Source: Azolla caroliniana (lineage: Eukaryota; Plantae; Polypodiophyta). Taken from it: a stretch of 64,000 nucleotides of DNA. The first letter of the stretch is position 1, and each line of letters begins with the position of its first letter. Where the stretch lies: positions 1 to 64,000 of the forward strand of contig JBHGNT010000045.1 of NCBI GenBank assembly GCA_043228905.1. The letters are read 5' to 3'. Below are positions 1 to 13,800 of the stretch, piece after piece. The position numbers and the translations under genes are program-made. The notes under the pieces are model-generated. The model ran no database searches and was not told where the DNA came from. It worked only from the letters and a program-made list of their open reading frames with translations.

Positions 1-1350
1 AGCTAGTGTTGTTAGCTTCGATACGCATGTTTGAACACAAAAATACGATATGACACGAGCCAGGTATGAACATTTTCATTTACTCAAGGGCTCTTCTCAA
101 CTCACTCCTCAAATTTGCTAATTTCGTCATGTCTCTCGACCAGAGTTTCAAAATCTTGATTTTTTAATTCCATATCATAGCTAGCGTTGTTAGCTTCGAT
201 TCGCATGTTTGAACACGAAAATCCGATATTACACGATCCAGGTATGAACATTTTCATTTACTCAAGGGCTCATCTCAACTCACTCCTCAAATTTGCTAAT
301 TTCGTCATGTCTCTCGACCAGAGTTTCGAAATCTTGATTTATTAAGTCCATATCATAGCTAGCGTTGTTAGCTTCGATTCGCATGTTTGAACACAAAAAT
401 CCGATATGACACGAGCCAGGTATGAACATTTTCATTTACTCAAGGGCTCATCTCAACTCACTCCTCAAATTTGCTAATTTCGTCATGTCTCTCGACCAGA
501 GTTTCGAAATCTTGATTTTTTAAGTCCATATCATAGCTAGCGTTGTTAGCTTCGATTCGCATGTTTGAACACAAAAATCCGATATTACACGATCCAGGTA
601 TGAACATTTTCATTTACTCAAGGGCTCATCTCAACTCACTACTCAAATTTGGTAATTTCGTCATGTCTCTCGACCAGAGTTTCAAAATCTTGATTTTTTA
701 AGTCCATATCATAGGTAGTGTTGTTAGCTTTGATTCGCATGTTTGAACACAAAAATCCGATATTACACGAGCCAGGTATGAACATTTTCATTTACTCAAG
801 GGCTCCTCTCAACTCCCTCCTCAAATTTGCTAATTTCGTCATGTCTCTCGACCTGAGTTTCAAAATCTTGATTTTTTAATTCCATATCATAGCTAGTGTT
901 GTTAGCTTCGATACGCATGTTTGAACACAAAAATACGATATGACACGAGCCAGGTATGAACATTTTCATTTACTCAAGGGCTCTTCTCAACTCACTCCTC
1001 AAATTTGCTAATTTCGTCATGTCTCTCGACCAGAGTTTCAAAATCTTGATTTTTTAATTCCATATCATAGCTAGCGTTGTTAGCTTCGATTCGCATGTTT
1101 GAACACGAAAATCCGATATTACACGATCCAGGTATGAACATTTTCATTTACTCAAGGGCTCATCTCAACTCACTCCTCAAATTTGCTAATTTCGTCATGT
1201 CTCTCGACCAGAGTTTCGAAATCTTGATTTATTAAGTCCATATCATAGCTAGCGTTGTTAGCTTCGATTCGCATGTTTGAACACAAAAATCCGATATGAC
1301 ACGAGCCAGGTATGAACATTTTCATTTACTCAAGGGCTCATCTCAACTCA
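1..1350. repeat. Local 5-monomer (890 bp) higher-order duplication, partial in window
   Basis: The variant monomer 'agctagtgtt...atacgc...aaatacg' occurs at 1 and 891. Each is followed by the same gatcc / ttcgaaat / tttatt monomer (offset 890 = 5x178). Confidence 0.75.
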
Positions 1351-2289
1351 CTACTCAAATTTGGTAATTTCGTCATGTCTCTCGACCCGAGTTTCAAAAT
1401 CTTGATTTTTTAATTCCATATCATAGCTAGCGTTGTTAGCTTCGATTCGCATGTTTGAACACAAAAGTCCGATATTACACGAGCCAGGTATGAATATTTT
1501 CATTTACTCAAGGGCTCCTCTCAACTCCCTCCTCATGTTTGCTAATTTTGTCATGTCTCTCGACCAGAGTTTCAAAATCTTGATTTTTTAAGTCCATATC
1601 ATAGCTAGCGTTGTTAGCTTCGATTCGCATGTTTGAACACAAAAATCCGATATGACACGAGCCAGGTATGAACATTTTCATTTACTCAAGGGCTCATCTC
1701 AACTCACTACTCAAATTTGGTAATTTCGTCATGTCTGTCGACCCGAGTTTCAAAATCTTGATTTTTTAATTCCATATCATAGCTAGCGTTGTTAGCTTCG
1801 ATTCGCATGTTTGAACACAAAAATCCGATATTACACGAGCCAGGTATGAATATTTTCATTTACTCAAGGGCTCCTCTCAACTCCCTCCTCATGTTTGCTA
1901 ATTTTGTCATGTCTGTCGACCTAAGTTTCAAAATCTTGATTTTTTAAGTCCATATCATAGCTAGCGTTGTTAGCTTCGATTCGCATGTTTGAACACAAAA
2001 ATCCGATATTACACGAGCCAGGTATGAACATTTTCATTTACTCAAGGGCTCTTCTCAACTCACTCCTCAAATTTGCTAATTTCGTCATGTCTCTCGACCA
2101 GAGTTTCAAAATCTTGATTTTTTAAGTCCATATCATAGCTAGCGTTGTTAGCTTCGATTCGCATGTTTGAACACAAAAATCCTATATTACACGAGCCAGG
2201 TATGAACATTTTCATTTACTCAAGGGCTCCTCTCAATTCCCTCCTCAAATTTAGTAATTTCGTCATGTCTCTCGACCTGAGTTTCAAAA

Positions 2290-5200
2290 TCTTGATTTTT
2301 TAATTCCATATCATAGCTAGCGTTGTTAGCTTCGATTCGCATGTTTGAACACGAAAATCCGATATTACACGATCCAGGTATGAACATTTTCATTTACTCA
2401 AGGGCTCATCTCAACTCACTCTTCAAATTTGGTAATTTCGTCATGTCTCTCGACCAGAGTTTCGAAATCTTGATTTTTTAAGTCCATATCATAGCTAGCG
2501 TTGTTAGCTTCGATTCGCATGTTTGAACACAAAAATCCGATATGACACGAGCCAGGTATGAACATTTTCATTTACTCAAGGGCTCATCTCAACTCACTCC
2601 TCAAATTTGGTAATTTCGTCATGTCTCTCGGATAGAGTTTCAAAATATTGATTTTTTATTTCCATATCATAGGTAGTGTTGTTAGCTTTGATTCGCATGT
2701 TTGAACACAAAAATCCGATATCACACGAGCCAGGTATGAACATTTTCATTTACTCAAGGGCTCACCTCAACTCACTACTCAAATTTGGTAATTTCGTCAT
2801 GTCTCTCGACCAGAGTTTCAAAATCTTGATTTTTTAAGTCCATATCATAGCTAGCGTTGTTAGCTTCGATTCGCATGTTTGAACACAAACATCGGATATC
2901 ACACGAGCCAGGTATGAACATTTTAATTTACTCAAGGGCTCCTCTCAACTCCCTCCTCATGTTTGCTAATTTCGTCATGTCTCTCGACCTGTGTTTCAAA
3001 ATCTTGATTTTTTAATTCCATATCATAGGTAGCGTTGTTAGCTTCGATTCGCATGTTTGAACACAAAAATCCGATATCACACGAGCCAGGTATGAACATT
3101 TTAATTTACTCAAGGGCTTCTCTCAACTCCCTCCTCATGTTTGCTAATTTCGTCATGTCTCTCGACTTGAGTTTCAAAATCTTGATTTTTTAAATCCATA
3201 TCATAGCTAGCATTGTTAGCTTCGATTCGCATGTTTGAACACAAAAATCCGATATGACACGAGCCAGGTATGAACATTTTCATTTACTCAAGGGCTCTTC
3301 TCAACTCACTCCTCAAATTTGGTAATTTCGTCATGTCTCTCGACCTGAGTTTCAAAATATTGATTTTTTAATTCCATATCATAGCTAGCATTGTTAGCTT
3401 CGATTGGCATGTTTGAACACAAAAATCCGATATTACACGAGCCAGGTATGAACATTTTCATTTACTCAAGGGCTCCTCTCAACTCCCTCCTCAAATTTGG
3501 TAATTTCGTCATGTCTCTCGACCAGAGTTTCAAAATCTTGATTTTTTAATTCCATATCATAGCTAGCGTTGTTAGCTTCGATTCGCATGTTTGAACACAA
3601 AAATCCGATATTACACGAGCCAGGTATGAATATTTTCATTTACTCAAGGGCTCCTCTCAACTCCCTCCTCATGTTTGCTAATTTTGTCATGTCTCTTGAC
3701 CTGAGTTTCAAAATCTTGATTTTTTAATTCCATATCATAGCTAGCGTTGTTAGCTTCGATTGGCCGTTTGAACACGAAAATCCGATATCACACGAGCCAG
3801 GTATGAACATTTTAATTTACCTCCTGACTCTTCTCAACTCACTCCTCAAATTTGGTAATTTCGTCATGTCTCTCGGATAGAGTTTCAAAATATTGATTTT
3901 TTATTTCCATATCATAGGTAGTGTTGTTAGCTTTGATTCGCATGTTTGAACACAAAAATCCGATATTACACGAGCCAGGTATGAACATTTTCATTTACTC
4001 AAGGGCTCCTCTCAACTCCCTCCTCAAATTTGCTAATTTCGTCATGTCTCTCGACCTGAGTTTCAAAATCTTGATTTTTTAATTCCATATCATAGCTAGT
4101 GTTTTTAGCTTCGATACGCATGTTTGAACACAAAAATACGATATGACACGAGCCAGGTATGAACATTTTCATTTACTCAAGGGCTCTTCTCAACTCACTG
4201 CTCAAATTTGCTAATTTCGTCATGTCTCTCGACCAGAGTTTCAAAATCTTGATTTTTTAATTCCATATCATAGCTAGCGTTGTTAGCTTCGATTCGCATG
4301 TTTGAACACGAAAATCCGATATTACACGATCCAGGTATGAACATTTTCATTTACTCAAGGGCTCATCTCAACTCACTCTTCAAATTTGCTAATTTCGTCA
4401 TGTCTCTCGACCAGAGTTTCAAAATCTTGATTTTTTAATTCCATATCATAGCTAGCGTTGTTAGCTTCGATTCGCATGTTTGAACACGAAAATCCGATAT
4501 TACACGATCCAGGTATGAACATTTTCATTTACTCAAGGGCTCATCTCAACTCACTCTTCAAATTTGGTAATTTCGTCATGTCTCTCGACCAGAGTTTCGA
4601 AATCTTGATTTTTTAAGTCCATATCATAGCTAGCGTTGTTAGCTTCGATTCGCATGTTTGAACACAAAAATCCGATATGACACGAGCCAGGTATGAACAT
4701 TTTCATTTACTCAAGGGCTCATCTCAACTCACTCCTCAAATTTGGTAATTTCGTCATGTCTCTCGGATAGAGTTTCAAAATATTGATTTTTTATTTCCAT
4801 ATCATAGGTAGTGTTGTTAGCTTTGATTCGCATGTTTGAACACAAAAATCCGATATCACACGAGCCAGGTATGAACATTTTCATTTACTCAAGGGCTCAC
4901 CTCAACTCACTACTCAAATTTGGTAATTTCGTCATGTCTCTCGACCAGAGTTTCAAAATCTTGATTTTTTAAGTCCATATCATAGCTAGCGTTGTTAGCT
5001 TCGATTCGCATGTTTGAACACAAACATCGGATATCACACGAGCCAGGTATGAACATTTTAATTTACTCAAGGGCTCCTCTCAACTCCCTCCTCATGTTTG
5101 CTAATTTCGTCATGTCTCTCGACCTGTGTTTCAAAATCTTGATTTTTTAATTCCATATCATAGGTAGCGTTGTTAGCTTCGATTCGCATGTTTGAACACA

Positions 5201-7120
5201 AAAATCCGATATCACACGAGCCAGGTATGAACATTTTAATTTACTCAAGGGCTTCTCTCAACTCCCTCCTCATGTTTGCTAATTTCGTCATGTCTCTCGA
5301 CTTGAGTTTCAAAATCTTGATTTTTTAAATCCATATCATAGCTAGCATTGTTAGCTTCGATTCGCATGTTTGAACACAAAAATCCGATATGACACGAGCC
5401 AGGTATGAACATTTTCATTTACTCAAGGGCTCTTCTCAACTCACTCCTCAAATTTGGTAATTTCGTCATGTCTCTCGACCTGAGTTTCAAAATATTGATT
5501 TTTTAATTCCATATCATAGCTAGCATTGTTAGCTTCGATTGGCATGTTTGAACACAAAAATCCGATATTACACGAGCCAGGTATGAACATTTTCATTTAC
5601 TCAAGGGCTCCTCTCAACTCCCTCCTCAAATTTGGTAATTTCGTCATGTCTCTCGACCAGAGTTTCAAAATCTTGATTTTTTAATTCCATATCATAGCTA
5701 GCGTTGTTAGCTTCGATTCGCATGTTTGAACACAAAAATCCGATATTACACGAGCCAGGTATGAATATTTTCATTTACTCAAGGGCTCCTCTCAACTCCC
5801 TCCTCATGTTTGCTAATTTTGTCATGTCTCTTGACCTGAGTTTCAAAATCTTGATTTTTTAATTCCATATCATAGCTAGCGTTGTTAGCTTCGATTGGCC
5901 GTTTGAACACGAAAATCCGATATCACACGAGCCAGGTATGAACATTTTAATTTACCTCCTGACTCTTCTCAACTCACTCCTCAAATTTGGTAATTTCGTC
6001 ATGTCTCTCGGATAGAGTTTCAAAATATTGATTTTTTATTTCCATATCATAGGTAGTGTTGTTAGCTTTGATTCGCATGTTTGAACACAAAAATCCGATA
6101 TTACACGAGCCAGGTATGAACATTTTCATTTACTCAAGGGCTCCTCTCAACTCCCTCCTCAAATTTGCTAATTTCGTCATGTCTCTCGACCTGAGTTTCA
6201 AAATCTTGATTTTTTAATTCCATATCATAGCTAGTGTTTTTAGCTTCGATACGCATGTTTGAACACAAAAATACGATATGACACGAGCCAGGTATGAACA
6301 TTTTCATTTACTCAAGGGCTCTTCTCAACTCACTGCTCAAATTTGCTAATTTCGTCATGTCTCTCGACCAGAGTTTCAAAATCTTGATTTTTTAATTCCA
6401 TATCATAGCTAGCGTTGTTAGCTTCGATTCGCATGTTTGAACACGAAAATCCGATATTACACGATCCAGGTATGAACATTTTCATTTACTCAAGGGCTCA
6501 TCTCAACTCACTCTTCAAATTTGGTAATTTCGTCATGTCTCTCGACCAGAGTTTCGAAATCTTGATTTTTTAAGTCCATATCATAGCTAGCGTTGTTAGC
6601 TTCGATTCGCATGTTTGAACACAAAAATCCGATATGACACGAGCCAGGTATGAACATTTTCATTTACTCAAGGGCTCATCTCAACTCACTCCTCAAATTT
6701 GGTAATTTCGTCATGTCTCTCGGATAGAGTTTCAAAATATTGATTTTTTATTTCCATATCATAGGTAGTGTTGTTAGCTTTGATTCGCATGTTTGAACAC
6801 AAAAATCCGATATCACACGAGCCAGGTATGAACATTTTCATTTACTCAAGGGCTCACCTCAACTCACTACTCAAATTTGGTAATTTCGTCATGTCTCTCG
6901 ACCAGAGTTTCAAAATCTTGATTTTTTAAGTCCATATCATAGCTAGCGTTGTTAGCTTCGATTCGCATGTTTGAACACAAACATCGGATATCACACGAGC
7001 CAGGTATGAACATTTTAATTTACTCAAGGGCTCCTCTCAACTCCCTCCTCATGTTTGCTAATTTCGTCATGTCTCTCGACCTGTGTTTCAAAATCTTGAT
7101 TTTTTAATTCCATATCATAG
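2290..7120. repeat. 12-monomer HOR (2135 bp) duplicated, followed by an 11-mer register shift (1957 bp)
   Basis: Markers at offset 2135: tggccgtttg (3761, 5896), tttaaatcc (~3190, ~5325), gtgtttttag (~4098, ~6233), cactgctc (~4196, ~6331). ggatagag occurs at 2630, 4765 (+2135) and 6722 (+1957). Confidence 0.85.
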
Positions 7121-7899
7121 CTAGCGTTGTTAGCTTCGATTCGCATGTTTGAACACGAAAATCCGATATTACACGATCCAGGTATGAACATTTTCATTTA
7201 CTCAAGGGCTCATATCAACTCACTCCTCAAATTTGCTAATTTCGTCATGTCTTTCGACCAGAGTTTCGAAATCTTGATTTATTAAGTCCATATCATAGCT
7301 AGCGTTGTTAGCTTCGATTTGCATGTTTGAACACAAAAATCCGATATCACATGCGCCAGGTATGAACATTTTCATTTACTCAAGGGCTCATCTCAACTCA
7401 CTACTCAAATTTGGTAATTTCGTCATGTCTCTCGACCCGAGTTTCAAAATCTTGATTTTTTAATTCCAGATCATAGCTAGCGTTGTTAGCTTCGATTCGC
7501 ATGTTTGAACACGAAAATCCGATATTACACGATCCAGGTATGAACATTTTCATTTACTCAAGGGCTCATCTCAACTCACTCCTCAAATTTGCTAATTTCG
7601 TCATGTCTTTCGACCAGAGTTTCGAAATCTTGATTTATTAAGTCCATATCATACCTAGCGTTGTTAGCTTCGATTCGCATGTTTGAACACAAAAATCCGA
7701 TATCACACGAGCCAGGTATGAACATTTTCATTTACTCAAGGGCTCATCTCAACTCACTACTCAAATTTGGTAATTTCATCATGTCTCTCGACCCGAGTTT
7801 CAAAATCTTGATTTTTTAATTCCATATCATAGCTAGCGTTGTTAGCTTCGATTCGCATGTTTGAACACAAAAATCCGATATTACACGAGCCAGGTATGA

Positions 7900-10800
7900 A
7901 TATTTTCATTTACTCAAGGGCTCCTCTCAACTCCCTCCTCATGTTTGCTAATTTTGTCATGTCTCTTGACCTGAGTTTCAAAATCTTGATTTTTTAATTC
8001 CATATCATAGCTAGCGTTGTTAGCTTCGATTGGCCGTTTGAACACGAAAATCCGATATCACACGAGCCAGGTATGAACATTTTAATTTACCTCCTGACTC
8101 TTCTCAACTCACTCCTCAAATTTGGTAATTTCGTCATGTCTCTCGGATAGAGTTTCAAAATATTGATTTTTTATTTCCATATCATAGGTAGTGTTGTTAG
8201 CTTTGATTCGCATGTTTGAACACAAAAATCCGATATTACACGAGCCAGGTATGAACATTTTCATTTACTCAAGGGCTCCTCTCAACTCCCTCCTCAAATT
8301 TGCTAATTTCGTCATGTCTCTCGACCTGAGTTTCAAAATCTTGATTTTTTAATTCCATATCATAGCTAGTGTTGTTAGCTTCGATACGCATGTTTGAACA
8401 CAAAAATACGATATGACACGAGCCAGGTATGAACATTTTCATTTACTCAAGGGCTCTTCTCAACTCACTCCTCAAATTTGCTAATTTCGTCATGTCTCTC
8501 GACCAGAGTTTCAAAATCTTGATTTTTTAATTCCATAGCATAGCTAGCGTTGTTAGCTTCGATTCGCATGTTTGAACACGAAAATCCGATATTACACGAT
8601 CCGGGTATGAACATTTTCATTTACTCAAGGGCTCATCTCAACTCACTCCTCAAATTTGGTAATTTCGTCATGTCTCTCGACCAGAGTTTCGAAATCTTGA
8701 TTTTTTAAGTCCATATCATAGCTAGCGTTGTTAGCTTCGATTCGCATGTTTGAACACAAAAATCCGATATGACACGAGCCAGGTATGAACATTTTCATTT
8801 ACTCAAGGGCTCATCTCAACTCACTACTCAAATTTGCTAATTTCGTCATGTCTCTGGACCCGAGTTTCAAAATCTTGATTTTTTAAGTCCATATCATAGC
8901 TAGCGTTGTTAGCTTCGATTCGCATGTTTGAACACAAAAATCCGATATTACACGAGCCAGGTATGAATATTTTCATTTACTCAAGGGCTCCTCTCAACTC
9001 CCTCCTCATGTTTGCTAATTTTGTCATGTCTCTCGACCTGAGTTTCAAAATCTTGATTTTTTAATTCCATATCATAGCTAGCGTTGTTAGCTTCGATTCG
9101 TATGTTTGAACACAAAAATCCGATATCACACGAGCCAGGTATGAACATTTTCATTTACTCAAGGGCTCTTCTCAACTCACTCCTCAAATTTGGTAATTTC
9201 GTCATGTCTCTCGACCAGAGTTTTAAAATCTTCATTTTTTAATTCCATATCATAGCTAGCGTTGTTAGCTTCGATTCGCATGTTTGAACACAAAAATCCG
9301 ATATCACACAAGCCAGGTATGAACATTTTCATTTACTCAAGGGCTCTTCTCAACTCACTCCTCAAATTTGCTAATTTCGTCATGTCTCTCGACCAGAGTT
9401 TCAAAATCTTGATTTTTTAATTCCATAGCATAGCTAGCGTTGTTAGCTTCGATTCGCATGTTTGAACACAAAAATCCGATATTACACCAGCCAGGTATGA
9501 ACATTTTCATTTACTCAAGGGCTCCTCTCAACTCCCTCCTCATGTTTGCTAATTTTGTCATGTCTCTCGACCTGAGTTTCAAAATCTTGATGTTTTAATT
9601 CCATATCATAGCTAGCGTTGTTAGCTTCGATTCGCATGTTTGAACACAAAAATCCGATATCACACGAGCCAGGTATGAACATTTTCATTTACTCAAGGGC
9701 TCATCTCAACTCACTACTCAAATTTGGTAATTTCGTCATGTCTCTCGACCAGAGTTTCAAAATCTTGATTTTTTAAGTCCATATCATAGCTAGCGTTGTT
9801 AGCTTCGATTCGCATGTTTGAACACAAAAATCCGATATTACACGAGCCAGGTATGAACATTTTAATTTACTCAAGGGCTCCTCTCAACTCCCTCCTCATG
9901 TTTGCTAATTTTGTCATGTCTCTTGACCTGAGTTTCAAAATCTTGATTTTTTAATTCCATATCATAGCTAGCATTGTTAGCTTCGATTCGCATTTTTGAA
10001 CACAAAAATCCGATATCACACGAGCCAGGTATGAACATTTTCATTTACTCAAGGGCTCACCTCAACTCACTACTCAAATTTGGTAATTTCGTCATGTCTC
10101 TCGACCAGAGTTTCAAAATCTTGATTTTTTAAGTGCATACCATAGCTAGCGTTGTTAGCTTCGATTCGCATGTTTGAACACAAACATCGGATATCACACG
10201 AGCCAGGTATGAACATTTTAATTTACTCAAGGGCTCCTCTCAACTCCCTCCTCATGTTTGCTAATTTCGTCATGTCTCTCGACCTGTGTTTCAGAATCTT
10301 GATTTTTTAAGTCCATATCATAGCTAGCGTTGTTAGCTTCGATTCGCATGTTTGAACACAAAAATCCGATATCACACGAGCCAGGTATGAACATTTTAAT
10401 TTACTCAAGGGCTTCTCTCAACTCCCTCCTCATGTTTGCTAATTTCGTCATGTCTCTCGACTTGAGTTTCAAAATCTTGATTTTTTAATTCCATATCATA
10501 GCTAGCATTGTTAGCTTCAATTCGCATGTTTGAACACAAAAATCCGATATGACACGAGCCAGGTATGAACATTTTCATTTACTCAAGGGCTCTTCTCAAC
10601 TCACTCCTCAAATTTGGTAATTTCGTCATGTCTCTCGACCTGAGTTTCAAAATATTGATTTTTTAATTCCATATCATAGCTAGCATTGTTAGCTTCGATT
10701 GGCATGTTTGAACACAAAAATCCGATATTACACGAGCCAGGTATGAACATTTTCATTTACTCAAGGGCTCCTCTCAACTCCCTCCTCAAATTTGGTAATT

Positions 10801-13800
10801 TCGTCATGTCTCTCGACCAGAGTTTCAAAATCTTGATTTTTTAATTCCATAGCATAGCTAGCGTTGTTAGCTTCGATTCGCATGTTTGAACACAAAAATC
10901 CGATATTACACCAGCCAGGTATGAACATTTTCATTTACTCAAGGGCTCCTCTCAACTCACTACTCAAATTTGGTAATTTCATCATGTCTCTCGACCAGAG
11001 TTTCAAAATCTTGATTTATTAAGTCCATATCATAGCTAGCGTTGTTAGCTTCGATTCGCATGTTTGAACACAAACATCGGATATCACACGAGCCAGGTAT
11101 GAACATTTTAATTTACTCAAGGGCTCCTCTCAACTCCCTCCTCATGTTTGCTAATTTCGTCATGTCTCTCGACCTGTGTTTCAGAATCTTGATTTTTTAA
11201 GTCCATATCATAGCTAGCGTTGTTAGCTTCGATTCGCATGTTTGAACACAAAAATCCGATATCACACGAGCCAGGTATGAACATTTTAATTTACTCAAGG
11301 GCTTCTCTCAACTCCCTCCTCATGTTTGCTAATTTCGTCATGTCTCTCGACTTGAGTTTCAAAATCTTGATTTTTTAATTCCATATCATAGCTAGCATTG
11401 TTAGCTTCCATTCGCATGTTTGAACACAAAAATCCGATATGACACGAGCCAGGTATGAACATTTTCATTTACTCAAGGGCTCTTCTCAACTCACTCCTCA
11501 AATTTGGTAATTTCGTCATGTCTCTCGACCAGAGTTTTAAAATCTTCATTTTTTAATTCCATATCATAGCTAGCGTTGTTAGCTTCGATTCGCATGTTTG
11601 AACACAAAAATCCGATATCACACAAGCCAGGTATGAACATTTTCATTTACTCAAGGGCTCTTCTCAACTCACTCCTCAAATTTGCTAATTTCGTCATGTC
11701 TCTCGACCAGAGTTTCAAAATCTTGATTTTTTAATTCCATAGCATAGCTAGCGTTGTTAGCTTCGATTCGCATGTTTGAACACAAAAATCCGATATTACA
11801 CGAGCCAGGTATGAACATTTTCATTTACTCAAGGGCTCCTCTCAACTCCCTCCTCATGTTTGCTAATTTTGTCATGTCTCTCGACCTGAGTTTCAAAATC
11901 TTGATGTTTTAATTCCATATCATAGCTAGCGTTGTTAGCTTCGATTCGCATGTTTGAACACAAAAATCCGATATCACACGAGCCAGGTATGAACATTTTC
12001 ATTTACTCAAGGGCTCATCTCAACTCACTACTCAAATTTGGTAATTTCGTCATGTCTCTCGACCAGAGTTTCAAAATCTTGATTTTTTAAGTCCATATCA
12101 TAGCTAGCGTTGTTAGCTTCGATTCGCATGTTTGAACACAAAAATCCGATATTACACGAGCCAGGTATGAACATTTTAATTTACTCAAGGGCTCCTCTCA
12201 ACTCCCTCCTCATGTTTGCTAATTTTGTCATGTCTCTTGACCTGAGTTTCAAAATCTTGATTTTTTAATTCCATATCATTGCTCGCGTTGTTAGCTTCGA
12301 TTCGCATGTTTGAACACAAAAATCCGATATCACACGAGCCAGGTATGAACATTTTAATTTACTGAAGGGCTTCTCTCAACTCCCTCCTCATGTTTGCTAA
12401 TTTCGTCATGTCTCTCGACCAGAGTTTCAAAATCTTGATTTTTTAATTCCATATCATAGCTAGCATTGTTAGCTTCGATTCGCATGTTTGAACACAAAAA
12501 TCTGATATGACACGAGCCAGGTATGAACATTTTCATTTACTCAAGGGCTCTTCTCAACTCACTCCTCAAATTTGGTAATTTCGTCATGTCTCTCGACCTG
12601 AGTTTCAAAATATTGATTTTTTAATTCCATATCATAGCTAGCATTGTTAGCTTCGATTGGCATGTTTGAACACAAAAATCCGATATTACACGAGCCAGGT
12701 ATGAACATTTTCATTTACACAAGGGCTCTTCTCAACTCCCTCCTCAAATTTGGTAATTTCGTCATGTCTCTCGACCTGAGTTTCAAAATCTTGATTTTTT
12801 AATTCCATAGCATAGCTAGCGTTGTTAGCTTCGATTCGCATGTTTGAACAGAAAAATCCGATATTACACCAGCCAGGTATGAACATTTTCATTTACTCAA
12901 GGGCTCCTCTCAACTCACTACTCAAATTTGGTAATTTCATCATGTCTCTCGACCAGAGTTTCAAAATCTTGATTTTTTAATTCCATATCATAGCTAGCAT
13001 TGTTAGCTTCGATTGGCATGTTTGAACACAAAAATACGATATTACACGAGCCAGGTATGAACAGTTTCATTTACTCAAGGGCTCCTCTCAACTCCCTCCT
13101 CAAATTTGGTAATTTCGTCATGTCTCTCGACCAGAGTTTCAAAATCTTGATTTTTTAATTCCATAGCATAGCTAGCGTTGTTAGCTTCGATTCGCATGTT
13201 TGAACACAAAAATCCGATATTACACGAGCCAGGTATGAACATTTTCATTTACTCAAGGGCTCCTCTCAACTCCCTCCTCAAATTTGGTAATTTCGTCATG
13301 TCTCTCGACCAGAGTTTCAAAATCTTGATTTTTTAATTCCATAGCATAGCTAGCGTTGTTAGCTTCGATTCGCATGTTTGAACACAAAAATCCGATATTA
13401 CACGAGCCAGGTATGAACATTTTCATTTACTCAAGGGCTCCTCTCAACTCCCTCCTCATGTTTGCTAATTTTGTCATGTCTCTTGACCTGAGTTTCAAAA
13501 TCTTGATTTTTTAATTCCATATCATAGCTAGCGTTGTTAGCTTCGATTGGCCGTTTGAACACGAAAATCCGATATCACACGAGCCAGGTATGAACATTTT
13601 AATTTACCTCCTGACTCTTCTCAACTCACTCCTCAAATTTGGTAATTTCGTCATGTCTCTCGGATAGAGTTTCAAAATATTGATTTTTTATTTCCATATC
13701 ATAGGTAGTGTTGTTAGCTTTGATTCGCATGTTTGAACACAAAAATCCGATATTACACGAGCCAGGTATGAACATTTTCATTTACTCAAGGGCTCCTCTC

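Noticed and set aside
1-178. Identity with Arabidopsis CEN178, Brassica CentBr or primate alpha satellite; CENP-B box
   Set aside because: Only the length is similar. The sequence does not match those consensus sequences as I recall them, and the TTCG motifs are not followed by the A..CGGG spacing of a CENP-B box. A database search is needed for a positive name.
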